Part shown: one piece after another, positions 1 to 9,608 of the stretch | Position numbering within the stretch: position 1 is the stretch's first letter | Layout of the letters: each line of letters begins with the position of its first letter | From: Candidatus Sericytochromatia bacterium | Lineage (GTDB): Bacteria > Cyanobacteriota > Sericytochromatia > S15B-MN24 > JAQBPE01 | Direction: 5' to 3' | Assembly: GCA_040400605.1 (NCBI GenBank) | Contig: JBBAPZ010000016.1 | Coordinates: 1 to 64,000, forward strand | Length of the DNA: 64,000 nucleotides | Position numbers and translations under genes: made by a program | The notes under the pieces: model-generated | Seen by the model: the letters and a program-made list of their open reading frames with translations, nothing else | Databases searched by the model: none | What the model was told of the DNA's origin: nothing

Positions 1-95
1 CGTCCATTGGCTTTTATAGGCTTCCGGGACAGTCGGATGCTCACACTGTGTTATTCTGGTAACGTTCGTCCAATTCAAAATTTTATCAGGCAAAC

Positions 96-1484
96 GTGAG
101 CATCGTCGAGCAGTCAACCCTGTACAACATTGTCGGCATCCTGACCATTTTGGTACTTTCGGTCTTTGTGGGCCGGAGTTATCCCAGTGCATTCTTCCAG
201 AATTGGATTCGTGCGTACGCGGGTGGTCTGTTGCTTCTGATGTGCGAGTTTGGTGCAAACCATATAGGGCGTCTGCCCTGGTTAACACTGGTTGAAATTG
301 CCTTGCTAACTGCCATCTGCTGGTGTTTTGTTCGGACGGGTCAAATTTTGCAGCAGCGTGAGCCGCTGACGCTGCGTGGGTTGGCGGTCATGCTTGTTGC
401 GTCGCTAACACTGTGTTACGTGTTGCTTGCTAACCGCTTGCCTTTTGAAGTGGTTTGTGGGCCTTTTATTCTGATTTATGCTTTTTTGCATGGTTGGCTT
501 GGCTATCAGTTGATTCGGTCGAACCATCATGCACGCCCTTCTGGCGCAATTTATCTGGGGATTCCGCTGATCGCCTCGGGGGTCTGGTTTGCGCTTTATC
601 CGATCGTTGAACGTTCATCGTTCAATTGGGTCGGCTATTTGGTATCCGCGAACCTGAATTTACTTGTAGGCGTTGGCATGGTCATTTTTTTAATTGAAGA
701 TACGGCCTGCAAGCTGCGAGTGAAAAACGCAGCGCTCACCCGGCTTGACCAGTTAAAAAGTTTGTTCATTAACTTGATGAGTCACGAGTTCAAGACGCCA
801 TTGACCTCGGTGAGTTCGGCGGTCTGGCTGCTGCGTCACGGCAGTCCTGTGCCTTTGACCCCTTTTCAAGAGGAACTGATTGATACGGTTCAGGAACAGA
901 CGCGGGTTTTGGAAAGGCTTTTGAACGATATACTCGATTATTCGCGGGCTGAAACCGGCACCTTGCGTTACGACTTGGCGCGGATATCCCTGAGACAATT
1001 GACCGAGCAGGTCGCGCGTGCGATGCGTCCCGTATTCGAGCGGGGCAACGTGGATTTTGCGTATGAATTGTGTGAGGATGAGCTTGTCGTGGAAGTGGAT
1101 GGTGATCGCATCAAGCAGGTTGTCATGAACTTGTTGAACAATGCCCTGAAATTTACGCCTGCCGGCGGTGAGGTTCGGCTCACATTAAGTCATACAACAG
1201 AATCCGCGGTTGTCATTGTATCTGATACCGGCCCAGGCATCGCGAAAGAGCACCACGAGGCAGTTTTTGATCGATTTTTTCAGCTCGAAACCGGTGGTGT
1301 GCAGCCTGGAACTGGCTTGGGGCTTGGTTTGCCACTGAGTCGCGCGATCATTGAGCAGGGTCATCGTGGCAAGCTCTCGGTGGATGCGACTGTCGTCGTC
1401 GGAACGCGTTTCGTTATCACGTTGCCGAGGCGTGTTCCTCAGAATCGAGAAACCGTCTTTACGCTCGCTGGGTCAGACGTATAA
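96..1484 (+). CDS. Membrane sensor histidine kinase (multi-TM N-terminus, HisKA, HATPase_c)
   Basis: H-box MSHEFKTPL, N-box NLLNNALKF, G1 DTGPGI, G2 GTGLGLGL; about 7 hydrophobic segments in the first 200 aa. Confidence 0.93.
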   Translation: MSIVEQSTLYNIVGILTILVLSVFVGRSYPSAFFQNWIRAYAGGLLLLMCEFGANHIGRLPWLTLVEIALLTAICWCFVRTGQILQQREPLTLRGLAVMLVASLTLCYVLLANRLPFEVVCGPFILIYAFLHGWLGYQLIRSNHHARPSGAIYLGIPLIASGVWFALYPIVERSSFNWVGYLVSANLNLLVGVGMVIFLIEDTACKLRVKNAALTRLDQLKSLFINLMSHEFKTPLTSVSSAVWLLRHGSPVPLTPFQEELIDTVQEQTRVLERLLNDILDYSRAETGTLRYDLARISLRQLTEQVARAMRPVFERGNVDFAYELCEDELVVEVDGDRIKQVVMNLLNNALKFTPAGGEVRLTLSHTTESAVVIVSDTGPGIAKEHHEAVFDRFFQLETGGVQPGTGLGLGLPLSRAIIEQGHRGKLSVDATVVVGTRFVITLPRRVPQNRETVFTLAGSDV

Positions 1485-1492
1485 TAAATGCT

Positions 1493-2221
1493 ATGACAAA
1501 TTTACAAAAAAGCGTTCGCGAGTCAGCCCCCAAGATCATGTTGGTCGAAGATGATCCCGCGATCCAACGTCTATTGGGGTATATTCTGGAAACCGAAGGT
1601 TTTCAGGTCTTTCGATGCGATTCCGGTAAAACGGCCATCGACGCATTCGAGACCTGTGCACCCGATCTCGTGTTACTGGATCTCATGCTGCCCGATATCG
1701 ATGGTCTCGCTGTTTCTCGGGCATTGAAGACCAAAGTGTCAGCCCGGCGGACCCCGATTCTCGTTGTGACTGCCAAGCAAGAACAGGCCAGTCGTTATGA
1801 CGCCTTCGAAGGGGGTGCGGATGATTTCATTACCAAGCCTTTCGATCCAATTGAATTGCTTTATCGTATTCGCGTTTTCCTGCGTCTGAGCTCGGAACGG
1901 TTGCGTGCGGCGCAGGACGTCGTCGAGCGGACCTCGCTGCGTTTGTATCCGCAACGCTTTATTGCCGACGTTGATGGCCGGGAAGTCAAGCTCACCAAAA
2001 TGGAAGTGTTATTGCTCCAATTCTTGATGACGCATGCAGGGGAAGTGAATTCAGCTGAAACATTGGCTCAACAGGTGTTTGGCGCGTTCAAGGCACGTGG
2101 CTGCACAGACGACGCCGTCCACGCGCACGTCAAGAATTTGCGTGCCAAAATTGAGAACGATCCCAAACATCCCACGCGCTTGCTAACCATTGGCCGAAAA
2201 GGCTATTCTTTCAGCCTCTGA
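1493..2221 (+). CDS. OmpR/PhoB-family response regulator
   Basis: Receiver LVEDD...LLDLMLP...KPF; winged helix VHAHVKNLRAKIE...GRKGY; 8 bp after the kinase. Confidence 0.93.
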   Translation: MTNLQKSVRESAPKIMLVEDDPAIQRLLGYILETEGFQVFRCDSGKTAIDAFETCAPDLVLLDLMLPDIDGLAVSRALKTKVSARRTPILVVTAKQEQASRYDAFEGGADDFITKPFDPIELLYRIRVFLRLSSERLRAAQDVVERTSLRLYPQRFIADVDGREVKLTKMEVLLLQFLMTHAGEVNSAETLAQQVFGAFKARGCTDDAVHAHVKNLRAKIENDPKHPTRLLTIGRKGYSFSL

Positions 2222-2377
2222 TCCCAGGTGAGCGATAGATAACCAGATACTTCGAGACAGCGGTCTTTTGTGGCGTATCCCCGATAGGCGCACGCTGCCA
2301 GGCGCGTGATACGCGGAGCCTGTATTTTAATTTGCTTGTGCGTTTGAATAACGCTGGGCTTCCGTTAGGGTGGAAGC

Positions 2378-3004
2378 ATGCAGCAGCACGACACAAAGCG
2401 GCGCAAAATCCGCAAGCTTCGGCGGCGTGTTTTGGCATGCCTGTCGCAACTTGGCTACATCCAGGGCGCGCTGGGCGGCGTCCTTGTGGGTTATGGTACG
2501 ACCACAGGTGTCGTCTGGGCACCTTTCTATGGCTTGTTATGCATTGAACTGTTACGGCAGGGGCTGGCTTGGCATTATCGCTTGTGGGCGCTGCAAAAGA
2601 CTGCCTGGGCGGGGCTTCTGGCGGGTGTAGCGATTGTTATTCCCACCGCATTGCTGAAGCTGGCCTTATCGATGGACAATATCGAGTATACGGTCGTGGC
2701 AGCAGGCACGAACGTGGGTATTGGGACCATGTTGATTGTCGGCGCATGCTTGGGTTCACAACGGGCTACAGCCCGAACCCGGTACGAGTGGACACCTTTC
2801 GGCTTGGGGCTGGCGATCGGTCTTGGTTTCGCTATTGCTGCGGATTCTGAACGATGGAGCGACCGTTTGATCGGGCCAAGCCTCGCCTGTCTCGGGTTAA
2901 TGCTCACCGAAAGCCTGATCGATCGCTATTCACCACTGCACAAGCAGCCGCGATGGCTGCGAAAAAATACCGACTTACCTGTACGTACCCTCACGCCTGA
3001 TTGA
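2378..3004 (+). CDS. Hypothetical integral membrane protein
   Basis: 208 aa, basic N-terminus followed by about 6 Gly-rich hydrophobic segments; fills the gap between genes. Confidence 0.6.
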   Translation: MQQHDTKRRKIRKLRRRVLACLSQLGYIQGALGGVLVGYGTTTGVVWAPFYGLLCIELLRQGLAWHYRLWALQKTAWAGLLAGVAIVIPTALLKLALSMDNIEYTVVAAGTNVGIGTMLIVGACLGSQRATARTRYEWTPFGLGLAIGLGFAIAADSERWSDRLIGPSLACLGLMLTESLIDRYSPLHKQPRWLRKNTDLPVRTLTPD

Positions 3005-3545
3005 GTGGCGGCTCCGGCGTCCCATATTGATGATTGACATAACGAGCAACGACGAACAGATAATCGGACAAACGGTTGATATAGGTCAGGAGCAAGGGGT
3101 CGATCGCACCTTCTCGATTGACGGCCACCATCGCTCTTTCAGCCCGTCTCGCAACCGTTCGTGCGACATGCAAGGTTGCACCCGCCAGGTGTCCCCCCGG
3201 TAGAATGAAGACCATCATCGGCGGCAAGATCTGATCCATCGCATCAATGGACTCCTCAAGTTTGCTAATGTCCTCGGCCACCACATGCCACGCCGGTTTT
3301 TCTTCGCCAAGCGTCGCCAGTTGCGCGCCAAGGTTGAACAGCTCCTTTTGAATTCGTCGCAGCTCAATAACGACCGCCTTGAGCCAGTCAGCATCACCGC
3401 TCAGGTTGGCAATCGCCTGCCCCAAAACGGAGTTAAGCTCATCCAGTGTGCCGTAGGCCTCCAGTCGATGCGAACACTTGGGCACTCGCCCACCCCGATA
3501 CAACGAGGTGAGACCACCATCTCCAGTACGGGTGTAAATTTTCAC
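2991..3545 (-). CDS. ATP:cob(I)alamin adenosyltransferase, PduO type
   Basis: KIYTRTGDGG, AYGTLDELNS, ARTVARRAER, YINRLSDYLF; GTG start at 3545 with GGAGGG RBS (ORF track start 3629 is too long). Confidence 0.93.
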   Translation of the reverse strand: MKIYTRTGDGGLTSLYRGGRVPKCSHRLEAYGTLDELNSVLGQAIANLSGDADWLKAVVIELRRIQKELFNLGAQLATLGEEKPAWHVVAEDISKLEESIDAMDQILPPMMVFILPGGHLAGATLHVARTVARRAERAMVAVNREGAIDPLLLTYINRLSDYLFVVARYVNHQYGTPEPPLNQA

Positions 3546-3567
3546 ATTCAGCCCTCCAAGAATTGAT

Positions 3568-5082
3568 TTAGGCACACCCGCTCGGACGAGCGGCAAACGC
3601 TTCCGCACTGACTGCGCCGCTCGCATCACTGGCTACGGAATACCTGAAATTGGGCTTGCGCGCGGCCAATGCTTCATCGACGCGTTTGACAGGCGCCAAA
3701 TGCGGCGCAGACGTCACCAGGTCAGGATCCGTTTCAACTTCCTTCGCCACGGCAAGCATCGCAGCAACAAACTGATCCAAGGTTTGCTTGCTCTCCGTCT
3801 CAGTCGGCTCAATCATCAACGCCTCAGGCACAACCAACGGGAAATAAATGGTTGGCGGATGATAGCCATAGTCGATCAACCGCTTTCCGATTGCCAAGGT
3901 ATTGGCGCCTTGTTTCTTCTGCAACTCTCCCGACAAAACGAATTCGTGCATGCATACAGTGTCATAAGGCAGCTTGAAAGCTTCCTTGAGTTTTACCCGC
4001 AAATAATTGGCGTTTAGCACCGCATCTTCGCTGGCTTGTCGCAAACCATCCGCACCCATGCTCAGAATGTAAGTGTAGGCACGCACCAACATGCCAAAAT
4101 TGCCATAATAGGCTTTGATCCGCCCGATGCTGAGTGGCCGGTCTTCCTGAAGGCAGTAGCGATCGCCTTCGCGTTCAACGGTCGGCGTCGGCAAAAAAGG
4201 CACAAGTGCCGCAGAAACGCCCACCGGCCCCGACCCTGGACCACCACCACCGTGGGGTGTCGTCATCGTCTTGTGCAAATTAAGGTGCACGACATCAAAG
4301 CCCATATCACCAGGTCGCACAAGCCCCATGATCGCATTGAAGTTCGCCCCATCGTAATACAGCAACCCACCAGCTTCATGCACCAAACGCGCCATCTCGC
4401 GGATATTTTCCTCGAACAGACCCAAGGTGTTGGGGTTGGTTAGCATAATGCCAGCCGTGCGCGGAGACAAAACCGCTTTCAGTGCGTCAAGGTCGACTTG
4501 CCCACGCGCATCCGAAGGGACGGTCACCACCGAAAATCCGGCACACGCCGCGGTTGCGGGATTGGTCCCATGCGCCGAATCAGGGACGATGATTTCACAC
4601 CGTTCAAGATCCCGACGATGCTCATGATAGGCTTTGATCATCAAACAACCAACAAGCTCACCGTGCGCCCCAGCCGCCGGTTGCAACGTGACACGCGCCA
4701 TACCGGTAATCTCAGCCAATGCCTGTTCCAACTCGTACATCAGGGCCAACGCCCCCTGTACGGTATCCTCCGGCTGATACGGATGCAAGTTGGCAAATCC
4801 AGGCAAACGCGCCATCAATTCATTAACCTTGGGATTGTACTTCATGGTGCACGAGCCAAGCGGGTAAAAGCCCGTGTCAATGGCAAAATTCCTGCGCGAC
4901 AGACGCGTGTAATGTCGAATCACCTCCGGCTCGCTGAGCGCCGGCAACGGCAGCGCGCCTTGCCGCACCGCATCGGCGGGCAACGCGTCAAGCCAATCAC
5001 TCGCTGCACCCACTGCCTGCGGCGCACGCATCCCAAGACGACCGGGCCGGTCTTTTTCAAAAATCAACGCTTCTTGTGGCAC
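3568..5082 (-). CDS. gcvPB: Glycine dehydrogenase (decarboxylating) subunit 2
   Basis: [22 protein letters not shown] lysine motif [35 protein letters not shown]. Confidence 0.96.
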   Translation of the reverse strand: MPQEALIFEKDRPGRLGMRAPQAVGAASDWLDALPADAVRQGALPLPALSEPEVIRHYTRLSRRNFAIDTGFYPLGSCTMKYNPKVNELMARLPGFANLHPYQPEDTVQGALALMYELEQALAEITGMARVTLQPAAGAHGELVGCLMIKAYHEHRRDLERCEIIVPDSAHGTNPATAACAGFSVVTVPSDARGQVDLDALKAVLSPRTAGIMLTNPNTLGLFEENIREMARLVHEAGGLLYYDGANFNAIMGLVRPGDMGFDVVHLNLHKTMTTPHGGGGPGSGPVGVSAALVPFLPTPTVEREGDRYCLQEDRPLSIGRIKAYYGNFGMLVRAYTYILSMGADGLRQASEDAVLNANYLRVKLKEAFKLPYDTVCMHEFVLSGELQKKQGANTLAIGKRLIDYGYHPPTIYFPLVVPEALMIEPTETESKQTLDQFVAAMLAVAKEVETDPDLVTSAPHLAPVKRVDEALAARKPNFRYSVASDASGAVSAEAFAARPSGCA

Positions 5083-5124
5083 GCGCCCACTCCTTCGACA
5101 TCAATGGCGCTTCATTTTAACAGT

Positions 5125-5156
5125 AAAAAAAACGGCCCGCTACACGAACGGACCGT
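5125..5156 (-). terminator. Rho-independent terminator after the 5182-6195 gene
   Basis: Minus strand ACGGTCCGTT-CGTGT-AGCGGGCCGT followed by a T-run. Confidence 0.8.
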
Positions 5157-5181
5157 CCTTGACAAAGGAATGTTTAAGCGT

Positions 5182-6195
5182 TTATGCGGGCACGTAAATT
5201 CCGAGCACGTAATTGTTACCAGGCGGGAAATTCTTGGCACCCCCATAACGCATTTGCCCGCCATTGGCGAACCAACCTTCGCCGGTTGCGACGGAAATGT
5301 CGCCGGCCGTCTCGTGCGACGTACCGGGTGTTTTAGCTCGCACCACGACGATCGCTCCTGGCGGTGCTTGATACGGGTTGTCAATGGCCAGCCGTTTGAG
5401 GCCGTAGCGGGCTGGATCGACATTGACCAGTTCCGCGAACATGCGCGCCTCGGAAGCGTGTGAATCGGGGATCTTCATTTTAGGAAATGCCCCGAAACCA
5501 GCTTGCGACATATAGCGCCACACATGCGTGTAACAAAAACCATCCGGTCGCCTTCCACGCGAGGCAGCAGTCGCCGTATTGAGAAAGCGTTCCATTTGAC
5601 TCTTGGCATCTGGCGAAAGCTCAATATTGGGATCAAACCCGAATCCCATACCGGGCAAGTAACCGCCGGGCAGCCCTCGGTATGGCGCCTGGGGTGGCTC
5701 GCTGCGGGCATTGCTCGCCACACCGTTTGCCATGGTTGCAAGGAATGTGGCTCGCAGTTCAGGCGGCACCAGATTGGCGATCGCCTGCTGCTGGAATGGT
5801 GGCATGTTGGCCCACTGATCCGGCGTGATCGCCTTGCCATTCGCACCCCACACAGGCACGCCCGAAGGATCCAGCTTATACAATCGCCCCTGCGCGTCCG
5901 GCTTGTGGCCGAAATTCAATTCCACTTTCGAATCCGGCCCCCCCCAAGTCTTGCCCCTATCAGGCTCCGGACGAACGCCTCCCCCACCCAAGGTCAATTG
6001 ACTGGGACGAACTGAGGCCTCACCCCGAACTGCTCCGGCAGGAAAGGGCTGTTGCACCCCCGTCACGGCAGGCGATGGCGGCAAGTCGGGAAGCGGTGGC
6101 GGCGGTGGCGCAGGAATTGGCGGCATAGGTTGCGCCACAGGGCCACCCAAGGGCGTTGCACCAGGTATGACGCCATTGAGACCATTCGTTGCCAT
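5182..6195 (-). CDS. Pro-rich N-terminus plus C-terminal papain-like (CHAP/NlpC-P60-like) putative hydrolase, paralog A
   Basis: GRRPDGFCYTHV...APPGAIVVV...HETAGDI...VLGIYVP; about 59% identical by hand alignment to the C-terminal ~145 aa of 7552-8478; AAGGGAG RBS. Confidence 0.7.
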   Translation of the reverse strand: MATNGLNGVIPGATPLGGPVAQPMPPIPAPPPPPLPDLPPSPAVTGVQQPFPAGAVRGEASVRPSQLTLGGGGVRPEPDRGKTWGGPDSKVELNFGHKPDAQGRLYKLDPSGVPVWGANGKAITPDQWANMPPFQQQAIANLVPPELRATFLATMANGVASNARSEPPQAPYRGLPGGYLPGMGFGFDPNIELSPDAKSQMERFLNTATAASRGRRPDGFCYTHVWRYMSQAGFGAFPKMKIPDSHASEARMFAELVNVDPARYGLKRLAIDNPYQAPPGAIVVVRAKTPGTSHETAGDISVATGEGWFANGGQMRYGGAKNFPPGNNYVLGIYVPA

Positions 6196-6276
6196 GACTC
6201 AAATCTCCCTTGCCCACATTGATACCCACCCAACCGTCCTTGTACGCGCAGTCGGTTACAAATGGGTTCCAAATCA

Positions 6277-6311
6277 CGGCCTTATTGATTAAATCTTAAT
6301 TAACAAGGCCG
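6277..6311. repeat. Imperfect 16-bp inverted repeat (hairpin or operator)
   Basis: CGGCCTTATTGATTAA-ATC-TTAATTAACAAGGCCG, 2 mismatches, between two co-oriented genes. Confidence 0.75.
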
Positions 6312-6337
6312 CAAACTGGTCGTGGAAGGGGACGGAA

Positions 6338-7282
6338 TTAACGAGGCAGGGATTGGTTGATCCAACGGCCGACCGTTTCCGCCAATTTTGATGCGTTGGT
6401 GAATTGATTTTGATAGCTGACGTCATGACGTTGCCAAGCGCGTTTCCAGTGTTGCGAGATTCCGCCTTTCAGGGTTTGGGCATCGCCTTGCAGGAATTGG
6501 CGCGTCACGGCACCGGCTGCGTAGCTGGCAGCGATCGCTTGCACGAGGTCGTCTTTCAGTGCCACCAGATCACCTTTGAGGGTTGTTTTGGGCGTAATCG
6601 GCGCGGATACCGTATTGGAGGCGGGGCCTGTCACCTTGATGGGTGCCTGCGTGGTTGTCACGGGTTTTTTGACTGGGTTGGGCGAGGGCTGTGGAGACGT
6701 TTGCGTTGTGACAGGTTTTGGCGTTGAGTGGCCGTGTGATGTTTTAATCGGCTGCGGGACTGGAGCCGATGTGTCAGTTTTAACAATCGCGGGTGTGGCG
6801 CCTTGCGTTGCAGTTGGTTGACGCGTCACACGGCCAGCCTGGATTGCATCGTCGGCTTTGGCTTTGAGACTGCGGTATTGCGGACGCAAGCCGTTGGTGA
6901 TGGCTTTGACAACATCGGAAGGCGTGTCAGTCGGTAGTTTTTGCGCGATCTTTTCGGCAGCCGTTTGCAGGGCAGCGGTCTGGGATTGACCGTCGTTTAG
7001 CGCGCGCTTGAAGGTGCGATCCGCCGAACGCAACACCCTTAACGCGTCAGCGTGCGGAATCTGCTGCTTGTCGAGCAATCCCTTCGCCTTGAATGTCAAT
7101 TGCGCCGGCGCCATCGGTTTAATTGAACGCCCAGCTGCGCGCAACGCGACAGTGTCCACACCAAGGGCGACTTTGGCAGGCCCCATTCCGCCACCACCTG
7201 ACACCAGTTGCGAAACGCTTGTTCTTGCAGCTTTGCCAACCGCCGACCGAACCGCATTGGACCCTGCGACACCTGCAACCAT
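6338..7282 (-). CDS. Hypothetical basic Ala/Thr/Pro-rich protein
   Basis: 314-aa ORF with AAAGGAG RBS; helical N- and C-terminal blocks joined by a T/P/K linker. Confidence 0.7.
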   Translation of the reverse strand: MVAGVAGSNAVRSAVGKAARTSVSQLVSGGGGMGPAKVALGVDTVALRAAGRSIKPMAPAQLTFKAKGLLDKQQIPHADALRVLRSADRTFKRALNDGQSQTAALQTAAEKIAQKLPTDTPSDVVKAITNGLRPQYRSLKAKADDAIQAGRVTRQPTATQGATPAIVKTDTSAPVPQPIKTSHGHSTPKPVTTQTSPQPSPNPVKKPVTTTQAPIKVTGPASNTVSAPITPKTTLKGDLVALKDDLVQAIAASYAAGAVTRQFLQGDAQTLKGGISQHWKRAWQRHDVSYQNQFTNASKLAETVGRWINQSLPR

Positions 7283-7551
7283 CTTCGTTACTCCTTTGTT
7301 TTGCCTAATGGTCTTTGGCTGTTACAGCCCACAAGCAGCTTATGGGTCGACCGGGTGACAAACCGGTTTCAAAAAAGCATTGAATTGGTTAATTCGGTGT
7401 TAAATTGTGAAGGTGGGAACGGAGCAGCAAGCTCATCGAGCGGGGTTAAGGCTGGGCTCGCCCTCATTCCCGTATTTTTCGACGTGGTCACACCGCGGTT
7501 TTCCCGCCTTCCCCGTCGGATGACACGCAAGCGCTGTGACGTTAGCCTGAT

Positions 7552-8478
7552 TCATTTGGGAACATAGATGCCAAGGACATAGTTGTTGCCAGGTGGGAAA
7601 TGGTGGGGACCGCCGTAACTCATTTCGCCACCGTTATAAAAGCGGCCGTTGCCTGCGGCAACTGCGATGTCACCGGCGACGGGGTGCGCCGTACCTGGCG
7701 TTCCCGCACGCACGACGACGATCGCGCCCGGCGGGGCTTGGTATGGGTTAGAAATCGGTAGTTTGACCAAACCGAGCTTGTCGAGGTTGTGATTGGCATA
7801 ATAGGCAAACTGTTTGGCATAGCGCCCGTGGGAATGCGCGGGAACTTCGCGATACGGCATGCTGCCATAACCCACCGAGGAGATAAAACGCCACACGTGG
7901 TTGTAACAGCGGCCATCGGGACGGCGTCCTGCCGATGAATTGCGCGCGGCGTTCAGCATCTGTTGCATTTGGGAGCGGGCGCGATCGCTCAGCGTCTCAA
8001 TCAGGTTCTTGGGTTTGGCCGGCTCTGCCGGACGCTCACGACACGCGTTATCCTCATTGAGGTTCAGCGCCATCTCGTACGCCGCACGCGGAGCACTTCC
8101 CGGTTCATGCCAAACCTTGGGATCAATAGACGGATTCAACGCCACCGGGTCTCGCCAGTAAACCCCATCGACCTTGAATACCCTTAAATGCGCTTTTGCC
8201 GGCACCTCAAACGCCGCCCGACTATCAAAGGTGACTGACAGCTGGCTTGATGACAAGCCAGACACTTCCCCCGCCGCTTGTTGGACAAAGCGATCACCAC
8301 CCAAGATCGCAGGCGCCGACGGGACAGTCTGAGCACCTTTTTCCGATTTACCCGCCGGAGACACCTCACCAGGCGTAACGCCCCGCTGAGCGCCTACCCC
8401 AATTTCTCGACCCGGAACAACCCCGGGCTTCGCTTTGGTAACACCATCCAGCACACGCTCCAACGATGACACGACCAT
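7552..8478 (-). CDS. Low-complexity N-terminus plus C-terminal papain-like (CHAP/NlpC-P60-like) putative hydrolase, paralog B
   Basis: GRRPDGRCYNHV...APPGAIVVV...HPVAGDI...VLGIYVP; GAAGGAG RBS. Confidence 0.7.
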   Translation of the reverse strand: MVVSSLERVLDGVTKAKPGVVPGREIGVGAQRGVTPGEVSPAGKSEKGAQTVPSAPAILGGDRFVQQAAGEVSGLSSSQLSVTFDSRAAFEVPAKAHLRVFKVDGVYWRDPVALNPSIDPKVWHEPGSAPRAAYEMALNLNEDNACRERPAEPAKPKNLIETLSDRARSQMQQMLNAARNSSAGRRPDGRCYNHVWRFISSVGYGSMPYREVPAHSHGRYAKQFAYYANHNLDKLGLVKLPISNPYQAPPGAIVVVRAGTPGTAHPVAGDIAVAAGNGRFYNGGEMSYGGPHHFPPGNNYVLGIYVPK

Positions 8479-8808
8479 TCTCCTTCACGTTCATCTCACG
8501 CTGGGAACCATCACAAACAACCAGCAAACAATATCCCCGTTAACGCCACGCTGTTAAGGTGGATATCGGCAGATTGCGTCCATAGTCGGTTAACTATTGA
8601 CTAAGAAAACCTTTGGTTTTGAATAAATTTCAAAACCAATCGTGGCGTAGCGAGCACAATATGCGTGTCAAAAGAATTGCTTGTAGATACCAAAAAAGAA
8701 GGGGGGAATTTCAAACTGTCGTTCAGCAAGTGCATGGCGAAGGTAATCAGCCAGGCGACTTGCTCGTGGTGGGTGCCTGGCATCCGGTATTGTTAAAAAG
8801 GTGCGATC

Positions 8809-9342
8809 ATGACTGAATTTGCACGGGATGTGGCGAAGAAACACGTGAATGCGTTTGTCGCCGGCGGGGCACTGGTTGCGCTGACACCGATTCCCGGCAG
8901 TACGACGGTGGCTTTGACTGCGTTTGAGGGCAAGCTTGCGACCGACCTGGCAGGGATATACGGATTACGTTTGACGGGTGTGGTGGGTTCGGTCATCCTG
9001 AAAGCGCTTCTGCTTGGTGCGGGCGGGGGCGTCTTGTTAAAGGGTGTGGCGGAATCCCTGACTTTTGTTCCCGTCTTCGGTTGGTTTGCAAAGCCTGGTG
9101 TTGCGGGTGCAACGGTCGCGATGATGGGCGATGCGATGATTCGTTTGTTAGAGGCGAGGTTTCCGGATCAACGCGCGTACCAAACGCCAAGTTGGCTTGG
9201 CATGTTGACCGCCTTTGGCGGCAGTGTCGCCTTAGGCGAACTTCAAACCTACTATCGTGGACTCTCGTCAGTCAGGCATCATCCAGGCGGTATCACAACC
9301 GCGTTGGCCAATGCCAACCAGATTGTCGTCAAGCTACCCTGA
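8809..9342 (+). CDS. DUF697-like small membrane-associated protein
   Basis: AGGALVALTPIPG...LAGIYG and second VPVFG helix pattern resembling DUF697. Confidence 0.55.
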   Translation: MTEFARDVAKKHVNAFVAGGALVALTPIPGSTTVALTAFEGKLATDLAGIYGLRLTGVVGSVILKALLLGAGGGVLLKGVAESLTFVPVFGWFAKPGVAGATVAMMGDAMIRLLEARFPDQRAYQTPSWLGMLTAFGGSVALGELQTYYRGLSSVRHHPGGITTALANANQIVVKLP

Positions 9343-9608
9343 TGACTGTCGTGCTGACAAAGCGCGCACTTAAAGGCGTTATTCAAGCCACCAGCCATCC
9401 AGTGACGCATTGGTTTTTGTTCAGAACCTGTGAAGCCGATTCAAAAGCAGCAGGCATTCACGTGCTGCCATTCAACAATTGCGAAAACTTGATGACCCAT
9501 CAACGCTTTTCCGTATAGCACTTGCACCCCTTGGAAGCGCCGGTTCGTGTACGTCCCATCGGGTGCTTGGTGCTCGTTTTTGGGTGTTTTGGCCATCAGA
9601 ATCGTGTG

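Noticed and set aside
5083..5181. Glycine riboswitch upstream of gcvPB
   Set aside because: The spacer is short, occupied by a terminator, and shows no glycine aptamer pattern
4498..5463. 321-aa plus-strand ORF
   Set aside because: Antisense shadow of gcvPB and paralog A; Arg/His-rich composition
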